A stretch of 63,379 bases of DNA. Origin: a virus (Duplodnaviria > Caudoviricetes). The notes under the pieces were generated by a model. It was not told the origin of the DNA, did no database searches, and was given only the letters and a program-made list of their open reading frames with translations. The translations under genes and the position numbers were made by a program. The stretch spans positions 1 through 63,379 of the IMG/VR virus record IMGVR_UViG_3300036770_002271. The stretch is one strand, 5' to 3'. Numbering within the stretch: the stretch's first letter is position 1; every line of letters begins with the position of its first letter. This document shows, piece after piece, positions 1 through 11,204 of the stretch.

Positions 1-3000
1 GTGTTCCTTGTGTACCCTGTGTACCTTGAAGTCCCTGTAGCCCTTGTGTACCTTGTGTACCTTGAAGTCCCTGTAGCCCTTGTGTACCTTGTAAACCTTG
101 TAGTCCTTGTAATCCTTGTGTTCCTTGTGTACCCTGTGTACCTTGAAGTCCCTGTAGCCCTTGTGTACCTTGTGTACCTTGAAGTCCCTGTAGCCCTTGT
201 GTACCTTGTAAACCTTGTAGTCCTTGTAATCCTTGTGTTCCTTGAAGACCTTGTAAGCCTTGTAGCCCTTGTGTGCCCTGTGTACCTTGAAGTCCCTGTA
301 GCCCTTGTGTACCTTGTGTACCTTGAAGTCCTTGTAGACCTTGTAGACCTTGTAGTCCCTGAAGTCCTTGTAGCCCTTGTGTGCCCTGTGTACCTTGAAG
401 TCCCTGTGTACCTTGTGTTCCTTGTAGACCTTGTGTTCCTTGTAAACCTTGTAGCCCTTGTAGACCCTGAAGTCCTTGTAGACCTTGTAAGCCTTGTGTT
501 CCTTGTGTTCCTTGTAGTCCCTGAAGTCCTTGAAGTCCCTGAGTACCTTGTGTTCCTTGTAATCCCTGTAGACCTTGTGTACCTTGTAATCCCTGTAGAC
601 CTTGTGTACCTTGAAGACCTTGTAAGCCTTGTGTACCTTGTAAGCCCTGTAGACCCTGAATGCCTTGTATACCTTGTACACCTTGTAGTCCTTGTGTACC
701 TTGTAAGCCCTGTATACCTTGTACACCTTGTAGTCCTTGTGTACCTTGTAGTCCTTGTGTTCCTTGTAAGCCCTGTAGACCTTGTGTGCCCTGTGTACCT
801 TGAAGTCCCTGTAGCCCTTGTGTTCCTTGTAAGCCCTGTAGACCTTGAACTCCTTGTGTTCCTTGTAGACCCTGAACACCTTGTGTTCCTTGTAGACCCT
901 GTAGACCCTGTGTACCCTGAACGCCTTGTGTTCCTTGTAAGCCCTGAAGTCCTTGAAGACCTTGTGTACCTTGTAGTCCTTGTAATCCCTGTAGACCTTG
1001 TGTACCTTGTGTTCCTTGTGTTCCTTGTAAGCCCTGTAGTCCCTGAGTGCCTTGTGTACCTTGTAAGCCCTGTAGACCTTGTGTTCCTTGTAGACCCTGT
1101 AGACCCTGTGTACCCTGAACGCCTTGTGTTCCTTGTAAGCCCTGAAGTCCTTGAAGACCTTGTGTACCTTGTACTCCTTGTAATCCCTGTAGACCCTGAA
1201 CGCCTTGTGTTCCTTGTAAGCCCTGTAGGCCTTGAAGTCCTTGTGTACCTTGTAAGCCCTGAAGTCCTTGTGTTCCTTGTGTTCCTTGTAAGCCCTGTAG
1301 ACCTTGTGTTCCTTGTAAACCTTGTGTACCCTGTGTTCCTTGTAAGCCCTGAAGTCCTTGTGTTCCTTGTAAGCCCTGTAGACCTTGTGTACCCTGTGTA
1401 CCTTGTAAGCCCTGAAGTCCTTGTGTTCCTTGTGTTCCTTGTGTTCCTTGTAAGCCCTGTAGACCTTGTGTACCCTGTGTACCTTGTAAACCTTGTAGTC
1501 CTTGTGTACCTTGTAATCCCTGAAGACCTTGTGTACCCTGTGTTCCTTGTAAACCTTGTAGTCCTTGTGTACCTTGTAAGCCCTGAAGTCCTTGTGTTCC
1601 TTGTGTTCCTTGTAAACCTTGTAGTCCTTGTGTACCCTGTGTACCCTGTGTACCTTGTAAACCTTGTAGTCCTTGTGTACCCTGAGTGCCTTGAGTACCT
1701 TGTAGTCCTTGTGTACCCTGTGTTCCTTGTAAACCTTGTAGTCCTTGTGTACCTTGTAAGCCCTGAAGTCCTTGTGTTCCTTGTGTTCCTTGTAAGCCCT
1801 GTAGACCTTGAGTGCCTTGAGTGCCTTGTAAACCTTGTAGTCCTTGTGTTCCTTGTAAGCCCTGTGTGCCTTGTGTTCCTTGTAACCCCTGTAGACCCTG
1901 AGTGCCTTGTGTACCTTGTAATCCCTGAAGTCCTTGAGTACCTTGTGTTCCTTGTAATCCCTGAAGTCCCTGAGTGCCTTGAGTACCTTGTAGTCCTTGT
2001 GTACCCTGAATACCTTGTAGTCCTTGTGTACCTTGTGTACCCTGTGTTCCTTGTAATCCCTGTAGCCCTTGTGTACCCTGTGTTCCCTGTGTTCCTTGTA
2101 GACCCTGAAGTCCTTGAGTGCCTTGTAAACCTTGTAGTCCTTGTGTACCTTGTAAGCCTTGAAGTCCTTGTGTTCCTTGTAATCCTTGTAATCCCTGTAG
2201 ACCTTGTAATCCCTGTAGACCTTGAACTCCTTGTGTTCCTTGTAATCCCTGTAGACCTTGAACTCCTTGTGTTCCTTGTAGACCTTGTGTTCCTTGTAAT
2301 CCCTGTAGACCTTGAACTCCTTGTGTTCCTTGTAGACCTTGTAGTCCTTGTGTGCCTTGTAAGCCCTGTAGACCTTGAACTCCTTGTGTTCCTTGTAAGC
2401 CCTGTAGGCCTTGTAATCCCTGTAGACCTTGAACTCCTTGTGTTCCTTGTAATCCCTGTAGACCTTGAACTCCTTGTGTTCCTTGTAGACCCTGAAGTCC
2501 TTGTGTACCCTGTGTTCCTTGTAGACCTTGTAGACCTTGTAGTCCTTGTGTGCCTTGTAAGCCCTGTAGACCTTGTGTTCCTTGTATTCCTTGTATTCCT
2601 TGTAGTCCCTGTAGACCTTGAACTCCTTGTGTTCCTTGTAGACCCTGAAGTCCTTGTGTACCCTGTAGTCCTTGAACTCCTTGCGTTCCTTGTAAGCCTT
2701 GAGTGCCCTGTGTTCCTTGTAAACCTTGTAGACCTTGAACACCTTGAACACCTTGAACACCTTGTGTTCCTTGTAAGCCCTGTGTACCCTGTACTCCTTG
2801 AGTTCCTTGTAGACCCTGTAGACCCTGAACGCCTTGTGTTCCTTGTAGACCTTGAACACCTTGAACACCTTGTGTTCCTTGTAAGCCCTGTGTACCCTGT
2901 ACTCCTTGCGTTCCTTGTAGACCCTGTAGACCCTGAACGCCTTGTGTTCCTTGTAAGCCCTGTGTACCCTGTACTCCTTGAGTTCCTTGTAGACCCTGTG

Positions 3001-3304
3001 TACCCTGTGTACCTTGTAATCCTTGTAGCCCTTGAACACCTTGTAAGCCCTGAGTACCTTGAGTACCTTGTACTCCTTGTAATCCCTGTAGACCCTGTGC
3101 ACCTTGTGTACCTTGAACACCTTGTGTTCCTTGTAATCCCTGTAGACCTTGAGTACCCTGTATTCCTTGTAAGCCCTGTGTACCTTGTACTCCTTGAACG
3201 CCCTGTACACCTTGTGTACCTTGAAGTCCTAAATCACCTTGTAGACCTTGTGTTCCTTGTGTACCTTGGATGCCTTGTAATCCTTGGATGCCTTGAAGTC
3301 CTTG
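1..3304 (-). repeat. 9-bp-period coding repeat (GGN-NNN-CAR; Gly-X-Gln), including a 117-bp tandem duplication at 1-117/118-234
   Basis: Plus strand shows continuous ccttg/ccctg 9-nt periodicity; the antisense ORF translation repeats with a 39-aa period at its start. Confidence 0.95.
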
Positions 3305-6300
3305 CAAATTACCTAAATCTGTAAGATACTGAGCACTACCAATGAAGTATTGAGCATATACATTACCTGCACCACCTACTTGTAATCCCTGAGTAGAAAA
3401 TACTCCTACATTACTCACACCCTGTACACTAATTGTTACATTACCATCAGCATTTGGTATAGTTACATTGCTTGTTCCATTACTAATGCCTGTGCCACTT
3501 GGTAACCCTGTTAAGAAAGCACCATTACCTAAGTAATAGTTAGCAGTGACATTTCCAGAGAATACTCCCTGTACTCCTTGTATTCCTTGAATGGCATAAA
3601 AGTTATTTGCCCATATTGTATTAGCAACTAATCCTGAATCTCCAGCATTTCTACCAACATAAACATTTCCCGTTGGATTTACATTTCCATTAGCATAAAC
3701 AGAGACAAGGTTTAAGTTACCTAAAGTTGTTCTAAATTCAAAATCAGTAGCAACTGTATTACTTGATGATATTGTAGCATTACTTGTTACACTAGCAATA
3801 ATAGTAGCACCTTCACGTCCTGTTGTCCCATTAAATGCTTGGAAGGTCATACTACCAATTCTATCTCCTGCTTGTACAGGTAATGCGCCGTCTCTATCCC
3901 CTCTACGTCTTTCAATATACCAAAACGCAGCGTTTGTAGCAGCATTTCCAAATACAATATTATTAATACCTGGTGTTGTTCCTGTCCAAGCACCTAGTGT
4001 CATTTGTAAACGTGAGTGTTGGTCAAAGCTGTATAAGTTTTGATTATTTGTAGAAGTATTATTCGCTGTTACATTACCATTTGGGTTACCAGTAACAATT
4101 TGAAAAGTGCCTGGCATCCATGGTGTCCAAGGCTGTCTAAATGCTGTAGTCGAGGCACTTGGAGCAGTTAATCTAACTTGACCTGCTAAGGCATAATAAT
4201 TGTTACCTGTGTAAACATAATGTCTTTGACCATATATTGTAGAAAAGCTTGTTACCGGAGTTGGGCTTTCAATAGTTCCATTTGCTTTTACATAATTTAC
4301 GTATAGAGGAGTAGAACCATAATCTGTTGTTTGGGTAGAAAAATTGTTTCCTATTGTAGCAGTATTAATTGTATTGCCATCACCATAAAACAGATATTGT
4401 GCTGCCTGACCTGTTCCTTGAACTTGTAAAGTATTAGCACTTAAACCACTAATTTGAACTGTATTACCAATTGTGATACTAGCACCATCAGGACTTGACA
4501 AACTAATATTATTACCGTCAGGACTACTAATTGTAGCATTACCTACATAAATTGTTGCGTTTGATAGATATAAATCTCTCCAACGGTTTGTAGCAGAACC
4601 TAAATCGTAAATGATGTCAGTATCAGGAATTAAACTTCCTGTCACATTTCCTGTAACCTTTAAGTTATTAACATTTAGGTTACTCCAAACATTAGACGAA
4701 GATCCCAAATTATATGTGAGATTGGCATCAGGTATTAAATTACTACTAATTCGTCCTGACACATTAAATTTACCATTTCCACCTACTACTACTGTATTAC
4801 TTGTATTATCAAAAATGAACTCACTGTAACCGGCTAACAGTCCGTTGTTATTATATTGTATTTGTGTGTTACTACCACCAATAGCAGGCAATGGGCCCTG
4901 AACACCTTGAGTTCCTTGTACACCTTGTAAGCCTTGAAGTCCTTGTAGGCCTTTATCTCCTGTTCTATCAAATGTAATAGTTAACAATTGGTCATTCGAT
5001 GGCGTAATACCACTTACATAACTTACAGTCAATTGTGACCAACCTACATTTGTTGATACAGCAGAAATAGCAAAGATGCTTGTTACATTACTATTATTAT
5101 CGTTTGCTAAAAACGTAATATAACCTTTAACTGTGCTGTCAGAGTTATCCCAAGTGTTAATCCAATTAGCAAAATTTATACCTGAAGCCCCTAAGTCATC
5201 AATAGCAATAGATGTAACACTTGATATTGTGCCATTATTAAATCTTACATAACCTGATCCAGGATCAACCATAGATGTGTTGGTACTAAAGTAATAAGGT
5301 ATACCACCTTTATCACCTTGAGCACCTTGTAAACCTTGAATACCCTGAGCAGCATAAGCACCATCAAGACCCTGTATGCCTTGAGTGCCTTGAATACCTT
5401 CACCTTGTATCCCTTGTGTGCCTTGTAGACCTTGTAATCCTAACCCTTGTGAACCTTGAAGTCCTTGTGTACCTTGTAAACCTTGGATACCCTGAGCAGC
5501 ATAAGCACCATCAAGCCCTTGTATACCTTGAGTACCTTGTAACCCATCTATACCTTGTATACCCTGTGTTCCTTGTATACCTAAGTCACCTTGTAATCCT
5601 TGTGTACCTTGTAATCCTTGTGTACCTTGTAATCCTTGTGTGCCTTGAATTCCTTGTAAACCTAGTGTTCCTTGAACACCCTGTAGCCCTATCGTGCCTT
5701 GTAGACCTTGCGTGCCTTGTAGACCTTGTGTTCCTTGTAGTCCTTGTGTGCCTTGTAGACCTAAATCACCCTGTAGACCCTGAACACCCTGTAGCCCCTG
5801 TGTTCCTTGTAGTCCTTGTGTTCCTTGTAGTCCTTGTGTGCCTTGTACACCCTGTAGCCCCTGTGTTCCTTGAAGTCCTTGTGTTCCTTGTACACCTTGT
5901 GTTCCTTGAAGTCCTTGTGTTCCTTGTACACCTAAATCACCTTGTAGACCTTGTGTGCCTTGAAGTCCTTGTGTCCCCTGAAGTCCTTGCGTACCTTGTA
6001 GACCCAAGACTCCTTGCGTTCCTTGTGGACCTTGTGTTCCTTGTAGTCCTTGCGTTCCCTGAAGTCCTTGAGTTCCTTGTATACCTAAATCACCCTGTAT
6101 ACCTTGTGTTCCTTGTAGTCCCTGTGTGCCTTGTAGTCCTTGAGTTCCTTGTATACCTAAATCACCCTGTATACCTTGTGTTCCTTGAAGACCTTGTGTT
6201 CCTTGTAGTCCTTGTGTGCCTTGTAGACCTAAATCACCCTGTATACCTTGTGTTCCTTGAAGTCCTTGTGTGCCTTGTAGTCCTTGTACACCTTGTGTCC

Positions 6301-7573
6301 CTTGTATACCTAAATCACCCTGTATACCTTGTGTCCCTTGAAGACCTTGTGTCCCTTGTAGTCCTTGTGTTCCCTGCGTACCTTGAATCCCCTGAACACC
6401 TTGCGATCCCTGCGTACCTTGTAGTCCTTGTGTACCTTGTAACCCTTGTGTTCCTTGTAGTCCTTGTGTACCCTGAACTCCTTGCGTACCTTGTACACCC
6501 TGAACTCCTTGTAGACCCTGTGTACCTTGTAGTCCTTGAATTCCTTGTAGACCCTGTGTACCTTGAACTCCTTGTAATCCTTGTGTGCCCTGTAGACCTT
6601 GAGTGCCTTGTAGACCTTGAACACCTTGTGTCCCTTGTAAACCTTGTACACCTTGTGTACCTTGAACACCTTGTACTCCAATAGCACCATCTAAGTTAAC
6701 TGTCCAACTAGAATATGTTCCTGAACCTTCAGTTTCTAAAACGTTTACAACTAATACACCTGTAGCTGGATCATAACTTACAACTCTACCATTCATATCA
6801 TTGGTAAAGTCATAAGCAATAACAACATCCTGATTTAAGCTATAAGCTAAATTGGTTGCTACAATTAATGTTTTGTTTCCTAAACTTATTGTAAGTGTAG
6901 AATTACTTGTTGTAATATAGGTATCACCTCTGATGCCTTGAGTACCTTGTGATCCTGCTGTCCCTTGTAAGCCTTGTATACCTTGTGCTGCATATTCACC
7001 AGCTAAACCTTGTAAACCTTGATTACCTTGTGTACCCTGAATACCCTGTACGCCTTGACCAGCGAATTGTCCTGCTATACCTTGTACACCTTGAAGTCCT
7101 TGTGAGCCTTGAAGTCCTTGTACACCTTGTAATCCCCTACTTCCTTGTATACCCTGTATACCCTGTAAACTACCATCTTGTGTCCATGTCAGATTACCAT
7201 TGCCATCTGTTGCCAAAAAGTAACCATTAGCTCCGCCACTAATATGTACATTGCTTACATCACCTAAATTAACATTTCCTGTTGTTGTTAAATTTAATGC
7301 TGTTAGTGTACCTGTAGTAGAGGTAAAGGTAAGGTTTGAACTTGCTCCAAATTGACCATTATTATTAAATTGAACTTGAGAATTTGCCCCTGCTGGTGTA
7401 GTTGTTAATGGTTGACCATTACTAAAATAATAATTATTACCATAGATATTATTAGCTGTTACATTACCTGATGTATTAACGTTTGTAACAACGTTTCCAT
7501 TAGCATCTACAACATCTACGGCTGGTATTCCAGCAGAATAACCACCTACACTATTAAACTTTTCGGCTGACAT
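2..7573 (-). CDS. Giant collagen-like virion fibre protein (>2524 aa, C-terminus beyond the left edge of the window)
   Basis: ATG at 7573-7571 ([15 protein letters not shown]...) with an AAGGGA RBS and a TATAAATA late promoter upstream. Start and window-edge codons are in the same frame and I found no stop in the parts I translated. Gly-X-Gln blocks at ~2-3304, ~4890-4960, ~5310-6690 and ~6930-7170 alternate with Asn/Thr/Gly-rich fibre domains. Probably missed by the ORF track because no stop lies in the window. Confidence 0.9.
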   Translation of the reverse strand, partial: MSAEKFNSVGGYSAGIPAVDVVDANGNVVTNVNTSGNVTANNIYGNNYYFSNGQPLTTTPAGANSQVQFNNNGQFGASSNLTFTSTTGTLTALNLTTTGNVNLGDVSNVHISGGANGYFLATDGNGNLTWTQDGSLQGIQGIQGSRGLQGVQGLQGSQGLQGVQGIAGQFAGQGVQGIQGTQGNQGLQGLAGEYAAQGIQGLQGTAGSQGTQGIRGDTYITTSNSTLTISLGNKTLIVATNLAYSLNQDVVIAYDFTNDMNGRVVSYDPATGVLVVNVLETEGSGTYSSWTVNLDGAIGVQGVQGTQGVQGLQGTQGVQGLQGTQGLQGTQGLQGVQGTQGLQGIQGLQGTQGLQGVQGVQGTQGVQGTQGLQGTQGLQGTQGLQGTQGSQGVQGIQGTQGTQGLQGTQGLQGTQGIQGDLGIQGTQGVQGLQGTQGLQGTQGIQGDLGLQGTQGLQGTQGLQGTQGIQGDLGIQGTQGLQGTQGLQGTQGIQGDLGIQGTQGLQGTQGLQGTQGPQGTQGVLGLQGTQGLQGTQGLQGTQGLQGDLGVQGTQGLQGTQGVQGTQGLQGTQGLQGVQGTQGLQGTQGLQGTQGLQGVQGLQGDLGLQGTQGLQGTQGLQGTQGLQGTIGLQGVQGTLGLQGIQGTQGLQGTQGLQGTQGLQGDLGIQGTQGIQGIDGLQGTQGIQGLDGAYAAQGIQGLQGTQGLQGSQGLGLQGLQGTQGIQGEGIQGTQGIQGLDGAYAAQGIQGLQGAQGDKGGIPYYFSTNTSMVDPGSGYVRFNNGTISSVTSIAIDDLGASGINFANWINTWDNSDSTVKGYITFLANDNNSNVTSIFAISAVSTNVGWSQLTVSYVSGITPSNDQLLTITFDRTGDKGLQGLQGLQGVQGTQGVQGPLPAIGGSNTQIQYNNNGLLAGYSEFIFDNTSNTVVVGGNGKFNVSGRISSNLIPDANLTYNLGSSSNVWSNLNVNNLKVTGNVTGSLIPDTDIIYDLGSATNRWRDLYLSNATIYVGNATISSPDGNNISLSSPDGASITIGNTVQISGLSANTLQVQGTGQAAQYLFYGDGNTINTATIGNNFSTQTTDYGSTPLYVNYVKANGTIESPTPVTSFSTIYGQRHYVYTGNNYYALAGQVRLTAPSASTTAFRQPWTPWMPGTFQIVTGNPNGNVTANNTSTNNQNLYSFDQHSRLQMTLGAWTGTTPGINNIVFGNAATNAAFWYIERRRGDRDGALPVQAGDRIGSMTFQAFNGTTGREGATIIASVTSNATISSSNTVATDFEFRTTLGNLNLVSVYANGNVNPTGNVYVGRNAGDSGLVANTIWANNFYAIQGIQGVQGVFSGNVTANYYLGNGAFLTGLPSGTGISNGTSNVTIPNADGNVTISVQGVSNVGVFSTQGLQVGGAGNVYAQYFIGSAQYLTDLGNLQGLQGIQGLQGIQGTQGTQGLQGDLGLQGTQGVQGVQGVQGTQGLQGIQGTQGLQGLQGTQGVQGTQGAQGLQGLQGVQGTQGTQGLQGVQGLQGLQGTQGTQGLQGTQGVQGTQGLQGTQGVQGLQGLQGTQGVQGTQGLQGTQGVQGVQGLQGTQGVQGLQGLQGTQGVQGTQGLQGTQGVQGVQGVQGLQGLQGTQGTQGLQGTQGVQGLQGTQGLQGLQGTQGVQGLQGLQGIQGIQGTQGLQGLQGTQGLQGLQGLQGTQGTQGLQGLQGTQGVQGLQGLQGTQGVQGLQGLQGLQGLQGTQGVQGLQGLQGTQGLQGLQGTQGVQGLQGLQGTQGLQGTQGVQGLQGLQGTQGVQGLQGLQGLQGLQGLQGTQGLQGLQGTQGLQGLQGTQGLQGLQGTQGTQGTQGLQGLQGTQGTQGTQGLQGIQGTQGLQGTQGTQGLQGLQGTQGTQGLQGLQGTQGTQGLQGLQGTQGTQGLQGTQGLQGLQGTQGTQGLQGLQGTQGTQGLQGLQGTQGLQGLQGTQGTQGLQGTQGTQGTQGLQGLQGTQGTQGTQGLQGLQGTQGTQGLQGLQGTQGLQGLQGTQGTQGLQGLQGTQGLQGLQGTQGTQGLQGLQGTQGTQGTQGLQGLQGTQGTQGLQGLQGTQGLQGLQGTQGTQGLQGTQGLQGLQGTQGTQGLQGLQGTQGLQGLQGLQGTQGVQGLQGLQGVQGTQGLQGLQGLQGTQGVQGTQGLQGLQGTQGLQGLQGTQGTQGLQGLQGTQGTQGTQGLQGLQGLQGTQGLQGLQGLQGTQGVQGTQGLQGLQGTQGVQGLQGTQGVQGLQGLQGTQGLQGLQGTQGTQGLQGLQGTQGLQGTQGLQGVQGIQGLQGTQGLQGVQGIQGIQGLQGLQGTQGLQGLQGTQGLQGLQGTQGLQGLQGTQGTQGLQGLQGLQGTQGTQGLQGLQGLQGLQGLQGLQGTQGLQGTQGTQGLQGTQGTQGLQGLQGLQGLQGLQGLQGTQGTQGLQGLQGTQGTQGLQGLQGLQGTQGLQGLQGLQGTQGLQGLQGTQGTQGLQGLQGTQGTQGTQGLQGLQGLQGTQGLQGLQGTQGTQGLQGLQGTQGTQGT

Positions 7574-7594
7574 ATAGTATTATCCCTTATACTA

Positions 7595-7602
7595 TATTTA
7601 TA
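7595..7602 (-). promoter_or_regulatory. T4-type late promoter TATAAATA for the collagen fibre gene
   Basis: Exact T4 gp55 consensus 21 nt upstream of ATG 7573. Confidence 0.8.
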
Positions 7603-7654
7603 CTAATCGGTAAACATATTTTTATGAATAAGTCACCCTTGGTATCTTTTTTTC

Positions 7655-7662
7655 GATAAATA
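7655..7662 (+). promoter_or_regulatory. Late promoter GATAAATA
   Basis: Motif recurs upstream of many structural genes; lies 4 nt before ATG 7667. Confidence 0.65.
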
Positions 7663-7666
7663 TATT

Positions 7667-8038
7667 ATGCTTTATCAACAACCTACAAGACGATTGTGTG
7701 AATCATGCCACGTTAGTTTAGTTAAATCTAACGGCAAAAGTAAGCATGGTTTCACTAAATGGCACAAGTACTGTAACACTTGTAGCAAGGCGGCATACAA
7801 CAAAAAGAATGGTTTTAAACTAAATAAAAAGAATAAGTGCGAAAAATGTGGATTTGTTCCTATTGATATGTGTCAATTAGATATTGTTTATAAAGATGGC
7901 AACACAGGTAATAAAGAAAAGAATAATGTAAAAACACTTTGTGCTAATTGTAGCAGATTGCATAACAAAAAGGTACGACAAAAAAATAAATCAATATTGG
8001 ATATTACGGTTGATACTGATTTAACGATTTGGTTTTAG
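7667..8038 (+). CDS. Zn-finger/HNH-like protein, probably catalytically degenerate
   Basis: Four CxxC pairs (CESC, CNTC, CEKC, CANC); HNH-like segment QLDIVYKDGN...NNVKTLCANC lacks the catalytic His. Confidence 0.65.
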   Translation: MLYQQPTRRLCESCHVSLVKSNGKSKHGFTKWHKYCNTCSKAAYNKKNGFKLNKKNKCEKCGFVPIDMCQLDIVYKDGNTGNKEKNNVKTLCANCSRLHNKKVRQKNKSILDITVDTDLTIWF

Positions 8039-8726
8039 CTAATTTTAAAAATTCAAATAACTTGAGATACTTATAACCTATGTCAATCTCAAACCATTTT
8101 GAACTTAATTTTGGACTAGCTGGGTTTTCATGGTGATTGTTATGCAATTCTTCACCACCTATAATAAAACCAAACGGAATAATATTTCGTGATTTGTCAT
8201 TAGTATTAGTATTGCGGTAACCAAACCAGTGCCCAAGACCATTGATAACTCCCGCAGCCCAAAATGGTATCCAAGCCATTTGAATAAGCCATATAACAAT
8301 ACCCCAACCATGAAAAAATATGGTATTAAGTACAAGTAATAATAATACTCCGTGAAATTCATACTTGCTATAAAGATTTCTTTCTATCCAATCATCAGGA
8401 GTACCAACTCCATATTGTTGTATCATTTTAACATCTTTCGTGGCATTAGTATATAGCCAAGCACCACGAAATAATACATTCATTATCCCATATACATGAG
8501 GACTATGTGGATCTCCTTCACGTTCACAATAACGATGGTGCTTTCTATGAACAGCTACCCATTCTTTAGTAATCATTCCAGTGGTCAACCATAACCAAAA
8601 TCTCATAAAATGACTTAAGATATAATTAAATTCTATAGCTCTATGTGCTTGTCCACGATGTAAAAATAATGTCACACAGATAATTGTTATATGCGTTGCT
8701 ACTAATGTATATAATATTTCGTACAT
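8004..8726 (-). CDS. Membrane fatty-acid (delta-9-type) desaturase, auxiliary metabolic gene
   Basis: Three His boxes (HRGQAH, HRKHH, HNNHH), DPHSP motif and hydrophobic helices. Confidence 0.92.
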   Translation of the reverse strand: MYEILYTLVATHITIICVTLFLHRGQAHRAIEFNYILSHFMRFWLWLTTGMITKEWVAVHRKHHRYCEREGDPHSPHVYGIMNVLFRGAWLYTNATKDVKMIQQYGVGTPDDWIERNLYSKYEFHGVLLLLVLNTIFFHGWGIVIWLIQMAWIPFWAAGVINGLGHWFGYRNTNTNDKSRNIIPFGFIIGGEELHNNHHENPASPKLSSKWFEIDIGYKYLKLFEFLKLAKTKSLNQYQP

Positions 8727-8730
8727 CTAG

Positions 8731-8737
8731 TATTTAG
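8731..8737 (-). promoter_or_regulatory. Late promoter CTAAATA
   Basis: 4 nt upstream of desaturase ATG 8726. Confidence 0.6.
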
Positions 8738-8782
8738 ATATTGGGTACAAACTTAATATCTAGCTTTACTTTATGTAAGAAC

Positions 8783-8804
8783 AAAAAAGGGCACCAAAGT
8801 GCCC
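8783..8804 (-). terminator. Intrinsic terminator after the major capsid gene
   Basis: Minus strand reads GGGCAC-TTTG-GTGCCC-TTTTTT, ~50 nt after the gp23 stop. Confidence 0.85.
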
Positions 8805-8852
8805 AATTTTGTTTGCGAAATTACTTTCAAAAAATCTTGTAAATACTTGATT

Positions 8853-10049
8853 TCACTGAAACGTAAGGTTCTGCACGGCAATTTCACCAACGTAATCCGC
8901 CGCATTGCCAAACGAACTTGCAGTATTCGTAAGCTCAATGTAGCCATACCTGGTCATAAAGCTAACTACTGGTTCGAATGTAGTTGGATCTAGAACAACA
9001 CCGCTGCTCATCAATGGAATGTATGGGCAATAGAATGCTGCTGCATCTGTCTCACTTGAACCTTTGTAACCAACTAATACAGCCTGTGTATCAGGAGCAT
9101 AGCTGTCTACGAAAACACGCATTGCGCCATTCAATGTTCCTACAAACTTGGTATTTGTTGGAGCTTCGAATGTACCTTCTGTGGTACGTGCGAATGCTGA
9201 TGTTGTTGCGCTTTGTAGAACAGTTAAGCTTGCGCTTGATACAACTGCCCAGTTACCAGCACCACGACGTGTGCGTTGTGCGATTAGGTTAGCGACACGA
9301 TTGATTAGAACTGCTAGAGCAGCGTGTTCGTCACCAACGTATGTAGCTGTACCTGATACTGTAGCTTGGTTATATGTAAACTCTGTGCTTGCTAGTGTGC
9401 GTAGTGAAAGTAGAATTTCTTGGTCAATTTCAGCAGTAATTTCTTGTGCTAGAGCTGCCATGATTTCTGCTTCTACGTCGATACCATGCTGACTTTGTGC
9501 GTCTTGCGCGGCTTCGAATGTCCAACGTGCTTGTAGCTTACGTGATTTAGCTTCAACAGCTTGACGTAGAATTTGAACGCTGATTTGTTTACCACCGTTA
9601 CCTTCTAGTACCGCTGTGTTATTTGCTGTATAAGCATCTGTGCTTGTTGTGCTTGAAGCGACACGAGAATAAGCCTGAGCAATTTTGAATGGGCTCAATG
9701 CTTCTTCACCTGCTGTAACACTTGTTGCTGCTGCTGATGTATCAGTCAATGACTGAGCATAGCGAACACGTAGTGTATGAATTTGACCAACTGGTCCTGT
9801 CATTGGCTGAACACCAACTAATTCATTAGCAATAACAGTTGGCATCACACGACGGATTACTGGTAGAATCACACGGTTTAGTGTAGCGATGTTACCTGCT
9901 GTAGTTGTGCCTGCGCTACTTTCTTGTAGTAGTGATTTGCGAGTGTTTTCTAGAATAACACCCATTGTTGAACGACGAGTTCCTTTTAAGCCTTCTAGCA
10001 GGGCGTCTTTTGTCTCGTCCCAACGGCTTTCTAAGAGTACTTTTGACAT
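8853..10049 (-). CDS. gp23: Major capsid protein (T4 gp23-like)
   Basis: VGVQPMTGPVGQI, SRKLQARWTFEAAQD, EITAEIDQE, AFYCPYIPL and FEPVVSFMTRYG motifs; follows scaffold and protease. Confidence 0.96.
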   Translation of the reverse strand: MSKVLLESRWDETKDALLEGLKGTRRSTMGVILENTRKSLLQESSAGTTTAGNIATLNRVILPVIRRVMPTVIANELVGVQPMTGPVGQIHTLRVRYAQSLTDTSAAATSVTAGEEALSPFKIAQAYSRVASSTTSTDAYTANNTAVLEGNGGKQISVQILRQAVEAKSRKLQARWTFEAAQDAQSQHGIDVEAEIMAALAQEITAEIDQEILLSLRTLASTEFTYNQATVSGTATYVGDEHAALAVLINRVANLIAQRTRRGAGNWAVVSSASLTVLQSATTSAFARTTEGTFEAPTNTKFVGTLNGAMRVFVDSYAPDTQAVLVGYKGSSETDAAAFYCPYIPLMSSGVVLDPTTFEPVVSFMTRYGYIELTNTASSFGNAADYVGEIAVQNLTFQ

Positions 10050-10078
10050 TTATATTTTCTCCTAATTATGTCTATAAA

Positions 10079-11191
10079 TTAAAGCCCTGCCAAACGCTTA
10101 ATATCGATAACGTTATCACGTCCTTCGAATTCTTCTTTTACTTCAATCTTGGCAGATTTATTACCAGTTACTTCTGTTACAACTTTTGATTCAGATAAAG
10201 CCTGTTTTGTGGCAGGTTTTGTTTCTGTACCTGAGTTTAAAACTGCTGGTAAATACTTGTCGAAAGCGACTTTCAATTTTGGTGTCTGTACGCTTTCTAG
10301 TAAGTCCTGCATTACTGTAGCCTTTTCCTTATTCAAAGTAGATAATAATTTTGTCATTACTTCTTTTCTTTCGGTTGACTCTTTAATAATACGGACTTCA
10401 CGCTCTTTGCTCTCAACCAATTTTTTAGCTTGGCTGATTACTTGTTGCGATTCAGCTAGTTGTTGTTCTTTTTCTGATAACTTTGTTAGCAATTTACGTG
10501 TTTCTGCCTTATCGTTTAAATAAGTTACACTAAATTCACTAGCAAAGGCTTCGAAAAGTTTACGTCCAAAGTTATTTTCTTTGGCTAGCTTAATGTCTTC
10601 CTTCAACTGTGATAGTTCACCTTTTAGATGTGAAGTTACAATATTATTAATCTTACCAGCAGATTCGTTAACAAACTTAGCTTTTAATTCTTCTAGTTTT
10701 GCTCTGCCTTCGCTGATTAGTTTAACTTTTGCTTCTACTACAGCACGCTTATCCTGAGCGAATTCTTTAATTTCGCGGGCCAATGCGTGAACTACAAACT
10801 TCTCTAACTTTTGTTGGTTTTCCATCTGAGCTTTGCGATCTGTGCGTAGTTCACGGATTTCTTCAGCTAATTTAGTAACCATAAAGTCATTGAATTTTCT
10901 AGCATTTTCTGTTAACTGAACTTTGGCACGAACACGTTCCTCACTTAGTGATTTACGTTCTTCGTTGAATTCAGCAATTTCTGTATGTAGATTTTCTGTA
11001 ATCATCTTATCTAGGGCTTCAACCATCACGCTACGATCATGTTCATAACGTTGTGCGAATTCTTCACGTAGTTCCGCACGTACTTGTTCACGAGCTTCGT
11101 TAAGTTTATGAGTCCAAGCTTCGTTTAGTTCTTGGGCTACATCCTCTTTAATTAAACCGCTTTCAAGTAATGGCTTGATAGCATCAAACAT
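10079..11191 (-). CDS. gp22: Prohead core scaffolding protein (gp22-like)
   Basis: Long charged coiled coil with FGRKLFEAF motif; lies between protease and capsid genes. Confidence 0.85.
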   Translation of the reverse strand: MFDAIKPLLESGLIKEDVAQELNEAWTHKLNEAREQVRAELREEFAQRYEHDRSVMVEALDKMITENLHTEIAEFNEERKSLSEERVRAKVQLTENARKFNDFMVTKLAEEIRELRTDRKAQMENQQKLEKFVVHALAREIKEFAQDKRAVVEAKVKLISEGRAKLEELKAKFVNESAGKINNIVTSHLKGELSQLKEDIKLAKENNFGRKLFEAFASEFSVTYLNDKAETRKLLTKLSEKEQQLAESQQVISQAKKLVESKEREVRIIKESTERKEVMTKLLSTLNKEKATVMQDLLESVQTPKLKVAFDKYLPAVLNSGTETKPATKQALSESKVVTEVTGNKSAKIEVKEEFEGRDNVIDIKRLAGL

Positions 11192-11204
11192 GCTTTTTTC
11201 CCCT

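Noticed and set aside
1-3324. 1107-aa Val/Leu-rich plus-strand ORF (also 5416-6684 and 6949-7230)
   Set aside because: Antisense shadow of the Gly-X-Gln repeat; it stays open only where the collagen repeat runs.
6310-6690. 126-aa Lys/Val/Tyr-rich minus-strand ORF
   Set aside because: Alternative frame of the collagen repeat.
1-7200. Possible CRISPR array or non-coding tandem array
   Set aside because: Periodicity is 9 bp with synonymous-site variation and no unique spacers, so it is protein-coding.
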